This document shows, in pieces, positions 36,910-50,640 of a DNA stretch of 64,000 nucleotides. Within the stretch, counting starts at the first letter, position 1. The number at the start of each line of letters is the position of its first letter. The DNA lies in assembly GCF_006345805.1 (NCBI RefSeq), contig NC_043009.1, positions 48,298,001-48,362,000 of the forward strand. The letters run 5' to 3'. This DNA is from Octopus sinensis (Eukaryota). A program made the translations under genes and the position numbers. Below the pieces are notes generated by a model. It saw only the letters and a program-made list of their open reading frames with translations. It made no database searches and had not been told where the DNA came from.

Positions 36910-37450
36910 TTGTCTTGTCTTGGAATCTATGCGAAAAGTGGGGGCTAGAGAGGGGCAAGAATGGTATGAGCACAAACCGCAGAGAGTGGCGGAGTCGGAG
37001 ACTTGCAACATTTTCCGGGATTTCCCAATCCAAACGGATCAGATGCTATAGCATAACAGATCGGAACTTGCAGTGGTGGACAGAGTACCCACATGTGTTA
37101 TATAGCTGATGTTGCGTGCTCCTTTGACTCACGAATAGTCAAGAAGGAAGGCGAAAATAGATTAATACAACCTTCTTAAGTACGAAATAACCCGGCTATG
37201 GAAAATGAAGGTGAAGATAGTGTCCATCATTGTTGGGTCCTTGAGGACAGCATCAGAAGGCTTCAAGAGAAATCGGAATTGAGTGCCCAGTAGAACTATT
37301 GCAACAGTTTTGCTTCCTTGACACAGCCAGTATAATCAGAAAAATATTAGATATTTGAAAAGAACAGATAGCATGGTACCGTAGGTTGCTGGCAGCAACC
37401 ACGCTACACATACAAGACTCCAGGAGTTCCAACAGAACCTGTAATAAAAA
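36910..37450 (+). mobile_element. R4/Dong-like RLE non-LTR retrotransposon 3' fragment ending in (TAA)n
   Basis: Frameshifted WNLCEKWGL..WYEHKPQRVAESE..IFRDFPIQTDQML-HNRSELAVVD..DVACSFDSRIVKKE..LKYEITRLWKMKVKIVSIIVGSL..IIRKILDI* (stop 37356-37358), then a short UTR and a TAA array. Confidence 0.8.
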
Positions 37451-37539
37451 TAAATAATAATAATAATGATAATAATAATAATAATAAGAAGAAGAAGAAG
37501 AATAAGAATAAGAATAATAATAATAATAATAATAATAAT

Positions 37540-38094
37540 GCCCTAATGCAGTACCAGGCATTGGCTCTCGTGGATTCTAATCTTAACTGATTGGAAGTGT
37601 TATCATGTACATTGTTTTTTCTTGGTATAAAAGATGGGCTAAAGCAAATATTCTGCTCAATACCACAGATTTGGTTGTCAATTGTTTGACCATAACCACT
37701 TGAGCATGTCCCTTAGTGGCTGACGATATATGTGCATCTCTGATCACGAGCAGAAGTAGTGGGGGAGCATTATAGCCATGTGTTGAGAGGGATTCTTTGG
37801 GGTTTGAATAATTCACCTCTAGAAACATGGGTGTTTCGTTCCTCATCCTTAAACAACCTTTATTCAGGGACCTTTTGACCATGATGAGCTACTCGACCAG
37901 AAGAAAATTCTAAATGGGCCCCACCAGCAAGGTCATGCGCTGTTTATCTTGATATGAGATCACCAGGTCGTGCACATATGGTTGTGATGCATGTGCCTGG
38001 CGTACCCTTATCAGATGGGTAGTCATGATGGGTATACTGAGCTTCGTATATTTTACCCCAGGTTCACTTTGACGGCATGCATGCTCGCTCATTC
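37540..38094 (+). mobile_element. Non-coding retroposed unit flanked on both sides by (AAT)n
   Basis: 37924-38094 matches the reverse complement of 60297-60468; both copies are bounded by TAA/ATT arrays. Confidence 0.75.
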
Positions 38095-38129
<35 letters not shown>

Positions 38130-39936
38130 TAAAGGATGGTAGTCTTGTGATTTGTGATTAGGTGATACTGCTTGTGAGGAGGGGCTACTAAATAATATTA
38201 ACCCCCAGTATATGGCTGGTACATTATTTCCTATACCGCGGTGAGATGAAGGAAACAGGTCTGTGGAATTCGAGCACAAAACTTTAAGATAGGTGACTCG
38301 ATGCCACACAACATTTCAAGAGATACTTTACCGATTCTGCCATCCACCGTCGTTTATAATGAATGCAACAACACGATCGACAACAACAACAACAACAACA
38401 ACATACTGTGGTGACTAAGTATTATATATCCGTCATATTTAAAGCCAAGCTGGGTGCGTTGTCTGTTTTGTCTTTTTGTTGTTGTTTTTTAACTTTAATA
38501 TATATTCTCAAGAGAACTGAATATATAAAATAGATTTTTTTGTAGGAAATAAGCCACATTTGTATATACAATCAAAGAACAGCCACAATAACGACGACGA
38601 CAACAACAATAACAACAACAACAATAGCACCGAACAATAGAGTAGCAAAAATAAAACATGATGTAAACAAACGACGCACCAAGAACAACAAAAAATTTAT
38701 AAAACAACTGACAGGGTTGTGAAAATATAGTCTAGTCCCCAAAGTGTGCTCATGAAATCGAGATGCAATTTCTATTGACGTTGAATGCAGTTGAAGTCTT
38801 TGGGAAATTATTTCAATTGCTGTCTGCAATGCATTTGCAATAAAAGATGCACAAATTCTTGCAGTGCAATTCTCAGAAGACAAAGTAACATAAAAGATAT
38901 CTATTAATGATAAATATATGTTTATGCTTTTGTTATCGAAATGTTGTTGCTGCTGCTGCTACTGTTGCTGTAGTTTCTGACGTTGCTACCACTACTCATA
39001 TTTTAGTTATTGTTGTTGTTGGCGTTGTTGTTGTTGTTGTTGTTGTTATGTATTATTAATATAGTGATATCAACTTGTAATTGTGTTTTTTTTTATCTGC
39101 ATATTTAGCAACATGTTTTTTTTTTTCATTTTTCTTTTTGTAATACAGAAATATTTTTTTTTTTTGCGGAGATATAGACCGTGTGTAAATATATTATCAT
39201 ATATAGAAAAGTGATAAAATGTAGAATTTTCGTTTTGAAAGTATAAGTTTGGAATATAATGAACCTGTAGGATGAACGTATTGTGAGACACGAGGAAGAA
39301 TTCGGTGAATATGTGTTGTAGAAAATGGTAATGTTTTGTGATAATGTGAACGATGAGCTAATGATAGAAAAGCAACGTTGAAACATAAAACTACTTTGCG
39401 ACTGTATGAACTCTGAAACTTAAGATACAGTGTATGTGTGATAAAACAGCTGTAAAATATGGTTTACTCTAGGATCATATAAATTATGGAATTTTAGGTG
39501 CAGTGTAAGCGATAAAGGCCACAGTTGTATATGAATATAGTCCATGATTATATGAGCTATGAACTATGAACTATGAAATATGGGTTGGTGTCCTGTGATG
39601 AAGTGAGTTGTGAAATATGAGCGTGCTCTATAACCATGTGAGCGTCTTCTATAACCATATAATTTATGAAATTTAAAGATGCTGCGTGTGGAATAAAGGT
39701 AAATCTGAAATATGCGTGCCTCTGTGATTGTATGAATTAAGAAATACTAGCGGGACCCGTGAATATTTCACAGAATTAAATGGGTTATTTCTGAAAACTT
39801 TATCCAAAAAAAACAGGAAGGGTAGCCTGTGTTGTGTCTATATGGAATGATAGTCGCTTATCTGCGACTCATTGAAAAGTGAAAGAAATTCGAATATGAT
39901 TATTACTTAATGCACGTTGTATATACATTTTATATA

Positions 39937-40501
39937 TTGGGTTGTCCGGAAAGATCATGCCGATTCATAGTAGCTTAACTTTCGATTTATTTTAGAACAT
40001 GGTTGAGTCCATAAAATAGGATTTGACTACACCTCCATTTAGAGCACAGTTTAAGCTATCTTCTCGTGAAAGGTTTATGTTCCTATATAGCCTGTGTTAA
40101 TTCTGTAACCCTTTAATATGGAAGATAAGAAAGTTTATTTTCAGCACTTGATGCTTTGGGAACCAGACAAAACTTGCTGCAGCTCGGCTGGGATATGCTA
40201 CCCCACCCTACATATTCACCAGATATTGCTCCTTCGGATTTCCACTTATACACGTCTCTGCAGAATAGTCTTAATTGTAAAAATTTCAATTCCTTCGATG
40301 ACTTTAAAAGATACCTTGATGAATTCTTTGCCATGAATCTACCTCAATTATGGGAAAAGGGTATTTTCAAGTTGAAGGAAAGATGGAGACGCATAGTTCA
40401 ACAAAATGGTTCATATTTGGTTGATTAAAAATGTAATGGCAAGTATTTATTGACCTTTTTCTTTCCTTTAAAAATCGGCACGAACTTTCCGGACAACCCA
40501 A
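39937..40501 (+). mobile_element. Internally deleted mariner element with intact TIRs and TA target duplication
   Basis: TA-ttgggttgtccggaaag-tc-tgccgatt...aatcggcacgaactttccggacaacccaa-TA. The internal frame reads LGWDMLPHPTYSPDIAPSDFHLY...KLKERWRRIVQQNGSYLVD*. Confidence 0.95.
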
Positions 40502-41907
40502 TACTTTATGCACAAATTTATGGACTTAATACACAGCACTCATAAAATGAATATTCATTCTTATTTTTCCATTCTTCCCGTAATGAAAACAAACATCCCG
40601 TATATATGATACAACCTTTAGTTAAATTGCATATATCTGCCACGCAAAGAAGCCTGATAAGCTTGAATATTTGATGGAATCGGACTTATGCGCATGCGTT
40701 ACGTGATAGGTGATATAAAAATATTAGTTCAACTAAATATTCACTTTTCTCTATCTAATCACCACCACCAACACCACCTCCACCTCTACAACCACTACTG
40801 TGACCACCACCACCATCATCATTTCCCCTCTCTCTCTACCTCTTTTATTTATCTATACCTTGTATTCTATCCTATCTCCTCTCTCTCCTCCCCCTCTGTC
40901 TCTCTCTCTGTCTTTCTTTAACCTCACCTCAGAACATCACCTTTCTGCTAAAATTATTACGTTCAACCTACCTCATATCTTGGACGCTTCTCGTACTCTC
41001 TTTTTCTCTCTCCGTCTTTTTGATTCTCTCTCTCCTTTTCTTTCTTCCTCTTGCTCTCTCACTCTTCATTTCATCCTCTTTTCCTCTCTCCCTTTTCTTT
41101 CTCCTTTCTTTCCCTTCAACTAATCACATGAAATCTTACGTCTGTCCCTCTTTTTCTCCCTCCCTCCTTTTTTCTCCCTCTTTTTCTCTAATTTCGTGAA
41201 AGCGTTACCGACGGGCTAAGTAACGCAATGAAAAGCAGAACTATCATAAGGTGTGATACTATGAGTGTGAAAAGGGCAACTGTGAAATATTAGCAAAATC
41301 TATACCTAAATAAAATATGAAATATGTGACATAGCATACTATATGCGTTATAAAGGCAGCTGCGAAATGTGCGTTTAATCTCTGATTTTATGAACAATAA
41401 TAGTTCAGATATATGGGGTGTTAAAATGAATTGTGAAATTTGAGAATACTCTATGAGAATACGCAGTATGGGATTTGAGGTGTTTGGTGTGTGATATTCG
41501 CCAGTGTGAAATATCATGGTAGGCTGTTTCAATAGGAATTATTAATCGGTCGAGCTGTGTGACGAAGACAGATGCAGTATTATGTGTTCTGTAAGAAATT
41601 AGAGATATAAAAACATGAGATAATGACGGAGTGTGTGCATAAACGCTCGACCTGCTATCAATAGCAGTGAAATCTTCTGCAAATCATAACCCGCGCTGTG
41701 GTAAAAAGGCTACGGTCACTGGATAATGAAGTACTGAATTATGTTTGATAAAAGATGGAAATTGTCTTGCCTAGCACGACCTGTGTGTGTAGTATGTTTC
41801 TTACGCACGCAGTAACCACGATCAAACTTATGATAAAGATCGCCTTGACAGCACATAACATATTCATATATATATATATATATGTATATATCTATATATA
41901 TATATGC

Positions 41908-41948
<41 letters not shown>

Positions 41949-41959
41949 TATATATATAT

Positions 41960-42270
41960 CTTTTATTCTTTACCCTTTCAGATGCTGCAGTCATTTGATT
42001 GCGGCCATGCTGGAGCACTGCCTTAAGTCGAACATATTGACCCCAGGACTTAGTCTTTGTAAGCTTACTACTTATTATATCGGTCTTTATTACCGAACCG
42101 CTAATTTACGGGTTTCTTTCGGTTTCCAGCTACCAAATCCACTCACAAGGTTTTGGTCGGTCCGAGGATATAGGAGAAGACGCTTACCGAAGGTGCCACG
42201 CAATAGGACTGAACCCGGAACCATGTCGTTGAGAAGCAAGCTTCTTACCACACAGCCACGTCTGTGCCTA
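41960..42270 (-). mobile_element. SINE family A (internally deleted)
   Basis: Reverse complement of tail, core and head; a second 3' half follows at ~42285-42480. Confidence 0.82.
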
Positions 42271-42515
42271 TATATATATATATTCTTTTATCATTTCAGT
42301 CCTTTGATTTTGCCCATGCTGGAGCACCGCCTTGAAAGGGATTTAGTCGAACAAATCCACCCGCATAAGCCTAGTATTTATTCTATCATTTTTCTTCGGC
42401 CGAACCGCTAAGTTCTGAGGACGCAAATGCTCCCACACCGACTGTCAAGACGTGATGGAGAGACAAGCACAGGCACTGACACACATATACATATATATAC
42501 ATATATACATACATA

Positions 42516-42559
<44 letters not shown>

Positions 42560-42582
42560 GATAGATAGATAGATAGATAGAT

Positions 42583-42626
<44 letters not shown>

Positions 42627-42882
42627 TACATTCATGCATACATAAACACGCACACACACTGTCGTTTAGCTTCTCGATTCGATCAGGAACTGAAAAGAAC
42701 TCAAAATCTTTCAGAGCTATGAATATTTTAAATATAGTAAGCTGAATGGTATTAACACTCAAATTTCATGTTCCCCTTTTTGCGCTAACAAATATATTTC
42801 TAGAAAAGGTTTGTCTTTTACAAGTCATGTCACCAAGCCTTATGATTTCTACACTATATTTGTGCGCATATGCTTATGTAAT

Positions 42883-42956
<74 letters not shown>

Positions 42957-43209
42957 TATCTGTCTGTGTGCTTGTGTGTGTGCGTTTGCAAAGATACAAA
43001 TATAACCAAGAATTACTTATTCAGAGGAAAAGGGTTATGCTAATTAGAGTAAAATCTCGAAGTAAAATGACACAATGTAAATATATATTATTAAAACAGT
43101 GAGTGCAACAAAAGACATCTTGTTTCGTCCGAATGTGTGTCGGTGATGAAACCAATTGTTTTTGTTGATCACATTATTAGAATAAAAATATATAGTATCT
43201 CCTACATAT

Positions 43210-43241
<32 letters not shown>

Positions 43242-43620
43242 ATATATATATGTATGTATGTATGTATGTTATGTATACACACAAAACACACATTATCCAT
43301 CTGAATTCTCTACTCCATCGTAGACACGTTACTTCATTCTTTTTTAAAACAGCACTGTATAATATTAATGAAATTCTATAGAATTAACCGCTCGTAAGTA
43401 GTTTGTTTACTCAAAGCTTAGAACGAATGCGTGCGCTGTATTTGTCATTGTACTTGCTATTATTGTTATTACATTTTCTCGTCTTCACTCTCCTGCTCTC
43501 GTCATCGTTTCCTTACCTACTCCATTTTGTTTTAATCACGTGAATGGTGTTTCTAGTTTGTTATTGTTTAGTCTTGTTGTTATTGCCCTTATAGTCCTCG
43601 TTGATGGTGTTTATATATAC

Positions 43621-43663
<43 letters not shown>

Positions 43664-43904
43664 ATGGCTGGTGCAATCTATTTCTTTCTTCTACACTTTC
43701 CTTCCACTATTTGGTTTCTATAAAGTTTGTTCCTTCTGTCCTCTCATTCACTTCTGTCTCTTACCTTCCTCTTCTCCCTCTCCCCTCCCCTCGTTTCTCT
43801 TCTTCAGCTTTCTTTTTCCCTTTATCACAACTATTTCTTCCTTCACCCTTATTTTCACTTTCCTTAACTCATTTGCAATAACCATTCCATCTTAAACATG
43901 TTCT

Positions 43905-44275
43905 CATGTCTTCTTCTTCTTCTTCTTCTTCTTCTTCTTCTTCTTCTTCTTCTTCTTCTTCTCTTCTTTTCTTCTTCTTATTCTTCCTCTTCTTCCTTTT
44001 CTTCTCATCCCCTTCGTTTTCTTCTGCCTCTTCTTCGTTTTCTTCTTCCTAGTTTCCTTCTTTTTCTTCTTCTTCCTCGTCTTCCACTTCTTCCTTTTCT
44101 TCTACTTCCTCTTCTCGTTTCTTCTTCCACTTCTTCCCTTTCTTCCTTTTCTTCCTTTGCTGCTTCTTCCCCTTCTCCGTTTTCTTCTTCCTTTTTCTTC
44201 TTAGTTTCCATCTTCTTCTTCTACTCCTCCTCCTACTACTACTACTACTACTACTATCAACACAACCACCACCAT

Positions 44276-44314
<39 letters not shown>

Positions 44315-44410
44315 CACTACCACTACTACTACTACTAATACTACTACTACTAATCTTCTTCTTCATCATCATCATCGTTTTCTCCATCTGCTTCTCTCCT
44401 TCTTCTTCTT
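43905..44410. repeat. (TTC)n/(CTA)n simple-repeat mosaic
   Basis: Directly visible. Confidence 0.9.
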
Positions 44411-45158
44411 CTTCTGGCAGTGTTGTTGGTATAAATTCACTAATAACAATTTGCACAAAGTGCATTGGTACTTTAGAATATTGGTTAGGTGCTGACTAAA
44501 ATATTCCCCGCCTAGTAGTCGCTATAGTCTTTTTGAAATATCTTATAGAATATTGTGATGAAATTCTAAAGACTACTTCAGCACAGAAAAAAAACACAAA
44601 CAACAACAATAACACCAACAACAACACCATCAACAACAAAAATAACTGGAAAAACAAAACAAGACACGATACATAAATATAAAGACGGTTAGACAACAAT
44701 GGGAAGCGAAACGCATAAAAGTAAAGTTTTTAGAGAAATTATATTCATTGTCTCATTCTCGCATCTCAATTTCATCTTGCTTTCTCTACGTCTATTTGTT
44801 ATATTTCTATGTTTGTTTGTTTGTTTTGAACAAGCAAAATAAAGAGAGAGAGTAAAAAAAAAAAAAAAAATTGTAGTTAGAACGATTCCTGCCAGAAGAT
44901 TCTCTTGTTAATTGTTTGCTTTCAAAATACAGACTCGTTAAGTTTTGGAGTTGATGTTTAGTTTTAAAACTGTTTATGATAAAAAAGCTTACTTTTTAAT
45001 TATCTCTGCCCTCTGATTCTCTCTCTCTCTCTCTCTATCTATCTAGCTCTCTCTCTCTCACTCTCTCTCTCTCTCTCTGTATGTATTATGCACATTTATG
45101 TACGCAAAATATGTGTGTGTGTGTGTGTACAGAGAGAGAGGGAGATAAGTATATAAGG

Positions 45159-45196
<38 letters not shown>

Positions 45197-45304
45197 GTCC
45201 TTATATACTCATCTCTCTCTCTCTCTCTCTCTCTCTGTACACACATACACACATATTTGCATACATAAATTGTGCTAATACTACCGATAATATATATATT
45301 ATGT

Positions 45305-45358
<54 letters not shown>

Positions 45359-47313
45359 AGATGGGTGTATATAAGTATGTGTGTATCTATAAAATTTTAT
45401 AAACATACAGCAGATATTCATAAATAGCTCGTTTCATATTAGTATGTTTGTCGGAGAGAAAAGTTTTAATGGAAATGTATTCTTTCTCATTAATTAAATA
45501 AAGATACACCATAATATTTTTTTCTTCTTCATATTTAATTTAATTCTCTTTCCATTGCAATATTTACTCTTTCAATATTTGTAGACAGAACGCTTTTGAC
45601 ATAATTGTGTGTCATCAGTACAAATATATTTGAGATACATTAACCATATTACATTTGGCAAGATTTGAAAAAGCAAAATTAAAACAAAAGAGGAAATTGA
45701 TAGCAATAGATAAATAGAAACTTTTAATAAACTCATTTGACAAAAATTAAATATGGTTCGTAGCTCATTTCAGATCAAGTAGAGAGGAAGGTAAATTTGA
45801 ATTGACATAAGGTGTATAGTTTTAAAGAAATTAATCAATTCGTATGTAAATTCTGCTGGTGACACTGGTTGCAGACCGTTCTTTTTCTCTTTTCTTTTCT
45901 TGTTTATTTTGCTAGAGAAGATTGTCATTCTGTGTATTGTATGTTTGTACAATATATCGCATTATGCACTCTTTGTATTCTTCCGTACTTGCTTTCTTTT
46001 TTCCGATATGAGGTCGAAAGTTCTCAAAGTCCAGCACACTCGCAGCAAGGAAACTAAGCGAAGAATTCCGTACATACACGCACAAAAACATACATACATA
46101 CAGATATGCACACACACACGTTACTACATACTTACATAGTTACATATATATACATACAAATACACATGTATGTGTGTATATATTTATGCACACACACACA
46201 ACTCACAATCTGCACTCAAACACACACACTGATATATATGTGTGTGTGTGCATATGATTTTCGTTAAGAAAACGTGTTTGTTCTTTGTAATTATGTATAT
46301 ATATATATATATATTAGAGATTATATATATTGTATCTTCTTTGTGTGTGTGTGTGTATATATATATATGTAGATATATATATATGCATACAGATACACCT
46401 ATATGATTTTCATAGAGGAAATGGCGTTTTCTTGCTATATTTCAGCTGTTTACTTTTAATTATTTTGATGTGCTTTTTATTATATATTTATGTTTGAATA
46501 TTCGTAATTATCTCTCAAATAATGTTATAAATTCATCCTAGATTAACCTTATTAAATATACATTCGTAATATACTCACCTAAATATCTATTTATTAAGTT
46601 CGCATAAGCTATATTAATATATTTTTTTCTTTACTCTATACACTACAATCATATTACATCAAGCCGACCCATGACATGGCGTAAGTCAGCCGAAAAGTTA
46701 GATGCGATCCGGAGGACAGCTTCTCCACTGAATAAATATATCCTTAGATATATTATCACAGATAGAAAGGCATTTCTTCAAGGTGTACTCTAACTCTATC
46801 ATAACTGACCTAGGGCTACATCATATATACATCAATAGCAACAACAACAACAACAACAATACCAACAACAACAACAACAAAAGTAACGATTCCCTAGTAT
46901 TTCAGTCAACCGTCCATCTTCTTTTATTAGCTGAGGAAGCATAAAACATTCTTATCAATCCTTACCAAATGCTCCATTAGAGTATATGAACGACGCAAGA
47001 TTAAAATGCTTAACAGACGTGAGGGTGATTTGCTTACCGAAATGTGCAAAAATGGACGCCTGTTTCTAAAGCACTCACGCCATTGCGTCATTGATTGATT
47101 GACTGTCCGCTGTGGTATCTCAGGAACCAATGAAGCCAGAAAAACAGTCATCCACCCACCCAAACCCCCAGCCCCATACTCAACTCACCATCAAACGTTT
47201 ATCGATGATTACTAAACCAAATAAACTAAAACTCTTCGATTTAGTCTTCCAAACTTTTGCATATGTGCATGTACGTGTGTATTGGTATGTATTTCCATAT
47301 GCATAAATACACA

Positions 47314-47346
<33 letters not shown>

Positions 47347-47564
47347 GTGTGTGTATATGTATATATATATATTTATATATATATATATATGTGTGTATAT
47401 AATGTACACTTATGATATTATTCTCTTTCTCTGCCCCCTATGTGTTTGATGTGTTTGTAGGGAAATATACTTACACATGTACGTATACACATAACAGTGC
47501 GTATACGATGATGCACACGTACATCCGTAAATACCTATGTGAATATATAAATATAAACTCACTC

Positions 47565-47610
<46 letters not shown>

Positions 47611-47634
47611 TATACATACACACACACACACACA

Positions 47635-47679
<45 letters not shown>

Positions 47680-47924
47680 TATACATACATATATATATAT
47701 ATATTATATATAGGTATGTATATAGATATATATATAGAGAGAGAGAGGGAGAGAGAGATAGAGATAGAGATGTATATATAGATAGATAGACAGATAGATA
47801 GATATGCATGTGCATATTGTATGTATACACACACATACATACACACACATAATGCCTACGTAAGCGTTATGTAAGCAAGTATAATATACTTTTCCCTTTT
47901 TGATATAAAAAAAAACACAAGTTA

Positions 47925-48035
47925 GGGAGCCATGACGTCATCGGCCCACTATTACCAAAGGACCAATAGTTGTTTGTTGTACTGCGTTTAAGATGGCGAA
48001 AGCGACAAAGGAGTCTATGTGCCAATCGGGCGCTA
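47925..48035. promoter_or_regulatory. Candidate housekeeping-type promoter module (CRE palindrome, two CCAAT boxes, YY1 motif)
   Basis: ATGACGTCAT at 47932-47941, CCAAT at 47963 and 48022, and AAGATGGCG at 47990-47998, all in a short non-repetitive island. Confidence 0.4.
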
Positions 48036-48355
48036 TGAATTTTGCATGGTATTTTGGTTTCGAACCAACCAGTTTATGGGTTTTTCTAGCTGATGTTTGC
48101 ATCTTTCACTGATGATATATCTCCAAAAGATTCACGCACGCACAGAGACACGTGCACATACACACACAATCACACACATACACACACACACACACACAAC
48201 ACACATGGGCATTTACATGCATACGACTATATGTACATATTTATGTGTGCTTGCATAGATATGTGCATATATGCATATATACATACATACATACATCTCC
48301 CCATACGTACACTTACATACACGCACTCACACTCACACACACATATATATATCTT

Positions 48356-48530
48356 TAGGCGCAGGCGTGGCTATGTGGTAAGAAACTTGCTTCCTAACCA
48401 CAAGGTTCTGTGTTCACTCTCACTGCGTGGGACCTTGAGCAAGTGTTTTTACTATAGCTTCGATGTGACCTAAACACTGTGAGTGGATTTGTTCGACGGA
48501 AACTGAAAGAAGCCCGTTGTATTATATATA

Positions 48531-48566
<36 letters not shown>

Positions 48567-48702
48567 CATGAATTTATGTGTGTGTAATTGTGTGTCTATA
48601 GTTGTCTCCCATTACCACTTTATAACCGGTGTTATTTCGTAACTTAGCCGTTCGGCAAATGTGACCGATCAAATAAGTACTAAAGCAGTGATGACTGAAA
48701 AA
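48356..48702 (+). mobile_element. SINE family A with expanded internal (TG)n, 3' part deleted
   Basis: Head and core recognisable; a second head follows at ~48722-48850. Confidence 0.8.
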
Positions 48703-48851
48703 ATAATATATATATAAACACGGAAGACTGTGTAGTTGAGAAGCTCGCTTTGCAGCTATGCGGCCGTGGGTTCAGTCCCACTGCGCGGCACATTGAGCAA
48801 GTGTCGTTTACTATTACGCTAGACCAACCAATGCATTCTGAATGGATTTAT

Positions 48852-48898
<47 letters not shown>

Positions 48899-49620
48899 GT
48901 TTCTTTATTGGCCACACAGGGCTGCACACAGATGGAACAAGTTACAAGGTAGAGCTTTTCTTTTGGGGGATGAAGAAAACAAAAAACAAAAGAAAAAAAG
49001 GGGTGGCGTAGGTTTTCGATCAAGAGGGATCGTAAAAGGGAAGAAAAGAACAAAAAATAAATAAATAATAAATAAAATAAAAAATAAAAAGAATAAAAAG
49101 AAAAAAAAGAAAAAAAGGAAAAGAACAAAGAAAAGAGAGTGAAAAAGAAGAAAAAAGGGGGGAAAAAAGGGGAAGAGGAAAAAAGAACGATCAATAGGGA
49201 TCGTGTATCACATTGTTATGATATATGGTGTAAAGGGGAAAGCAAGTAAGGTTTATCCGTGGGAAGAAAAGCCTACGAAAAAGACCACGGTAACCTTGGT
49301 CAATATTGTTATATGTTACCACATTTGTTTGCAAGTGGGTAACCCTCTGTTTTCAATTTCTGGGTTCATAGGATTATGCTCAAGGTGGCTTCGTCATTCA
49401 TACGTGCCATCCTTGCTACATTCACCCATCTTTTAAAACATTCGCTAGACAAAACTTGCCTCTCTACTCTCACTTTCCTTTTCAAGTGGTACTTGAAGAA
49501 GTTGATGAGAGATTGACCATAGAGGAAAGTGTTTGTCTCCAATCCTTTTAGACGCGTCCACCAGATACATTCTTTCGCCATAGCCACAAGGATTATGAAA
49601 ATAGCTCTTCCTTCCCGTTT
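48899..49620 (-). mobile_element. 5'-truncated copy of the Tx1-like LINE, equivalent to 11011-11660
   Basis: Encodes the same C-terminus (MAKECIWWTRLKGLETNTF...ATLSIIL*), 3' UTR and AATAAAGAAAC end. Flanked by (AGAT)n 48853-48897 and (GATA)n 49621-49672. Confidence 0.97.
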
Positions 49621-49672
<52 letters not shown>

Positions 49673-49844
49673 CGTATGTTGAAGTGCTATTACTTTTCAA
49701 AATTCCCTGGTTTCCGTTGGTCTCAAAATGTATTGAACAAAATCTCTTTTCAAATATCACTATCATGTTGTTGTTGCTGAGTCCTAGGCTGTGGCAAGTC
49801 GATTTGTCATATACTCAAATGTATTTCAACAATGGAAGTCACAC

Positions 49845-50640
49845 ATCTCATTTGGCAAAATATTTCGCTCGCTATTTGTAAGCGAAAATAAGACTCCGGC
49901 TTTAAACATAAAGCAATTTATTCAATCAATAATAATAATTGCAGTTAAGTTTTTATATGTTCTGTTATTTTGTGAGCCGATCCACTATTCGCTGCTGAAA
50001 AAGTTCCTGCCTTTACGGGTGAAGAACTCTTCTGGGTGAATTTTTACACATTCTTCAGAATTTAATTTCCGCCCATTCAATGAATTTTGAAACCAGTGGA
50101 AATCTGAAGGAGCAAGTTTTGGGCGAATATGGAGTGTGACGCCAAATTCAGAGGCGTCAGCAGAGAAGTGTGCGATCCGTCGATGTAACGATTTAAGTCA
50201 ATGGCCTTACGATAGGCAAATTCTGGACACTTCTGATGGATCGCAGCATTTAAGTTATCCAGCTGTCACAGTACACAGCCGATGTGATGGTCCTCACTGT
50301 GGGAAGAAGCTCTTGAAAACAAAACTCTTCTTATTCGGCCACATTAAAAGCATAACTGTCTTTGGATGCAACCTGCTTTGGATGTTGTCTGTGGTAGTTT
50401 GTCGCGCTTCTCTCATGGTCGTTTGCATTTCACATTGTTATAAACGATCCATTTTTATCATCCCATGTCATCATTCTCTTCAAACAGGTATTTTCTTTCT
50501 GCACCTGTATCAAATCGAATCTCAGAAAGGTATTCGTTGGGCCATACGTAATAGTTATGGATCTTTTCACATACGTCTGAGGTCAACATATTTTTCATCA
50601 GTCTCGATCCGCTAAATATAATACTCTCTAATTTTCTCAC
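49845..50640 (-). pseudogene. Decayed mariner transposase (DDD domain)
   Basis: Minus-strand pieces LKRMMTWD-KWIVYNNVKCKRP..KAGLHPKTVML and YSPKLAPSDFH..NSLNGRK, with many stops and frameshifts. Confidence 0.8.
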
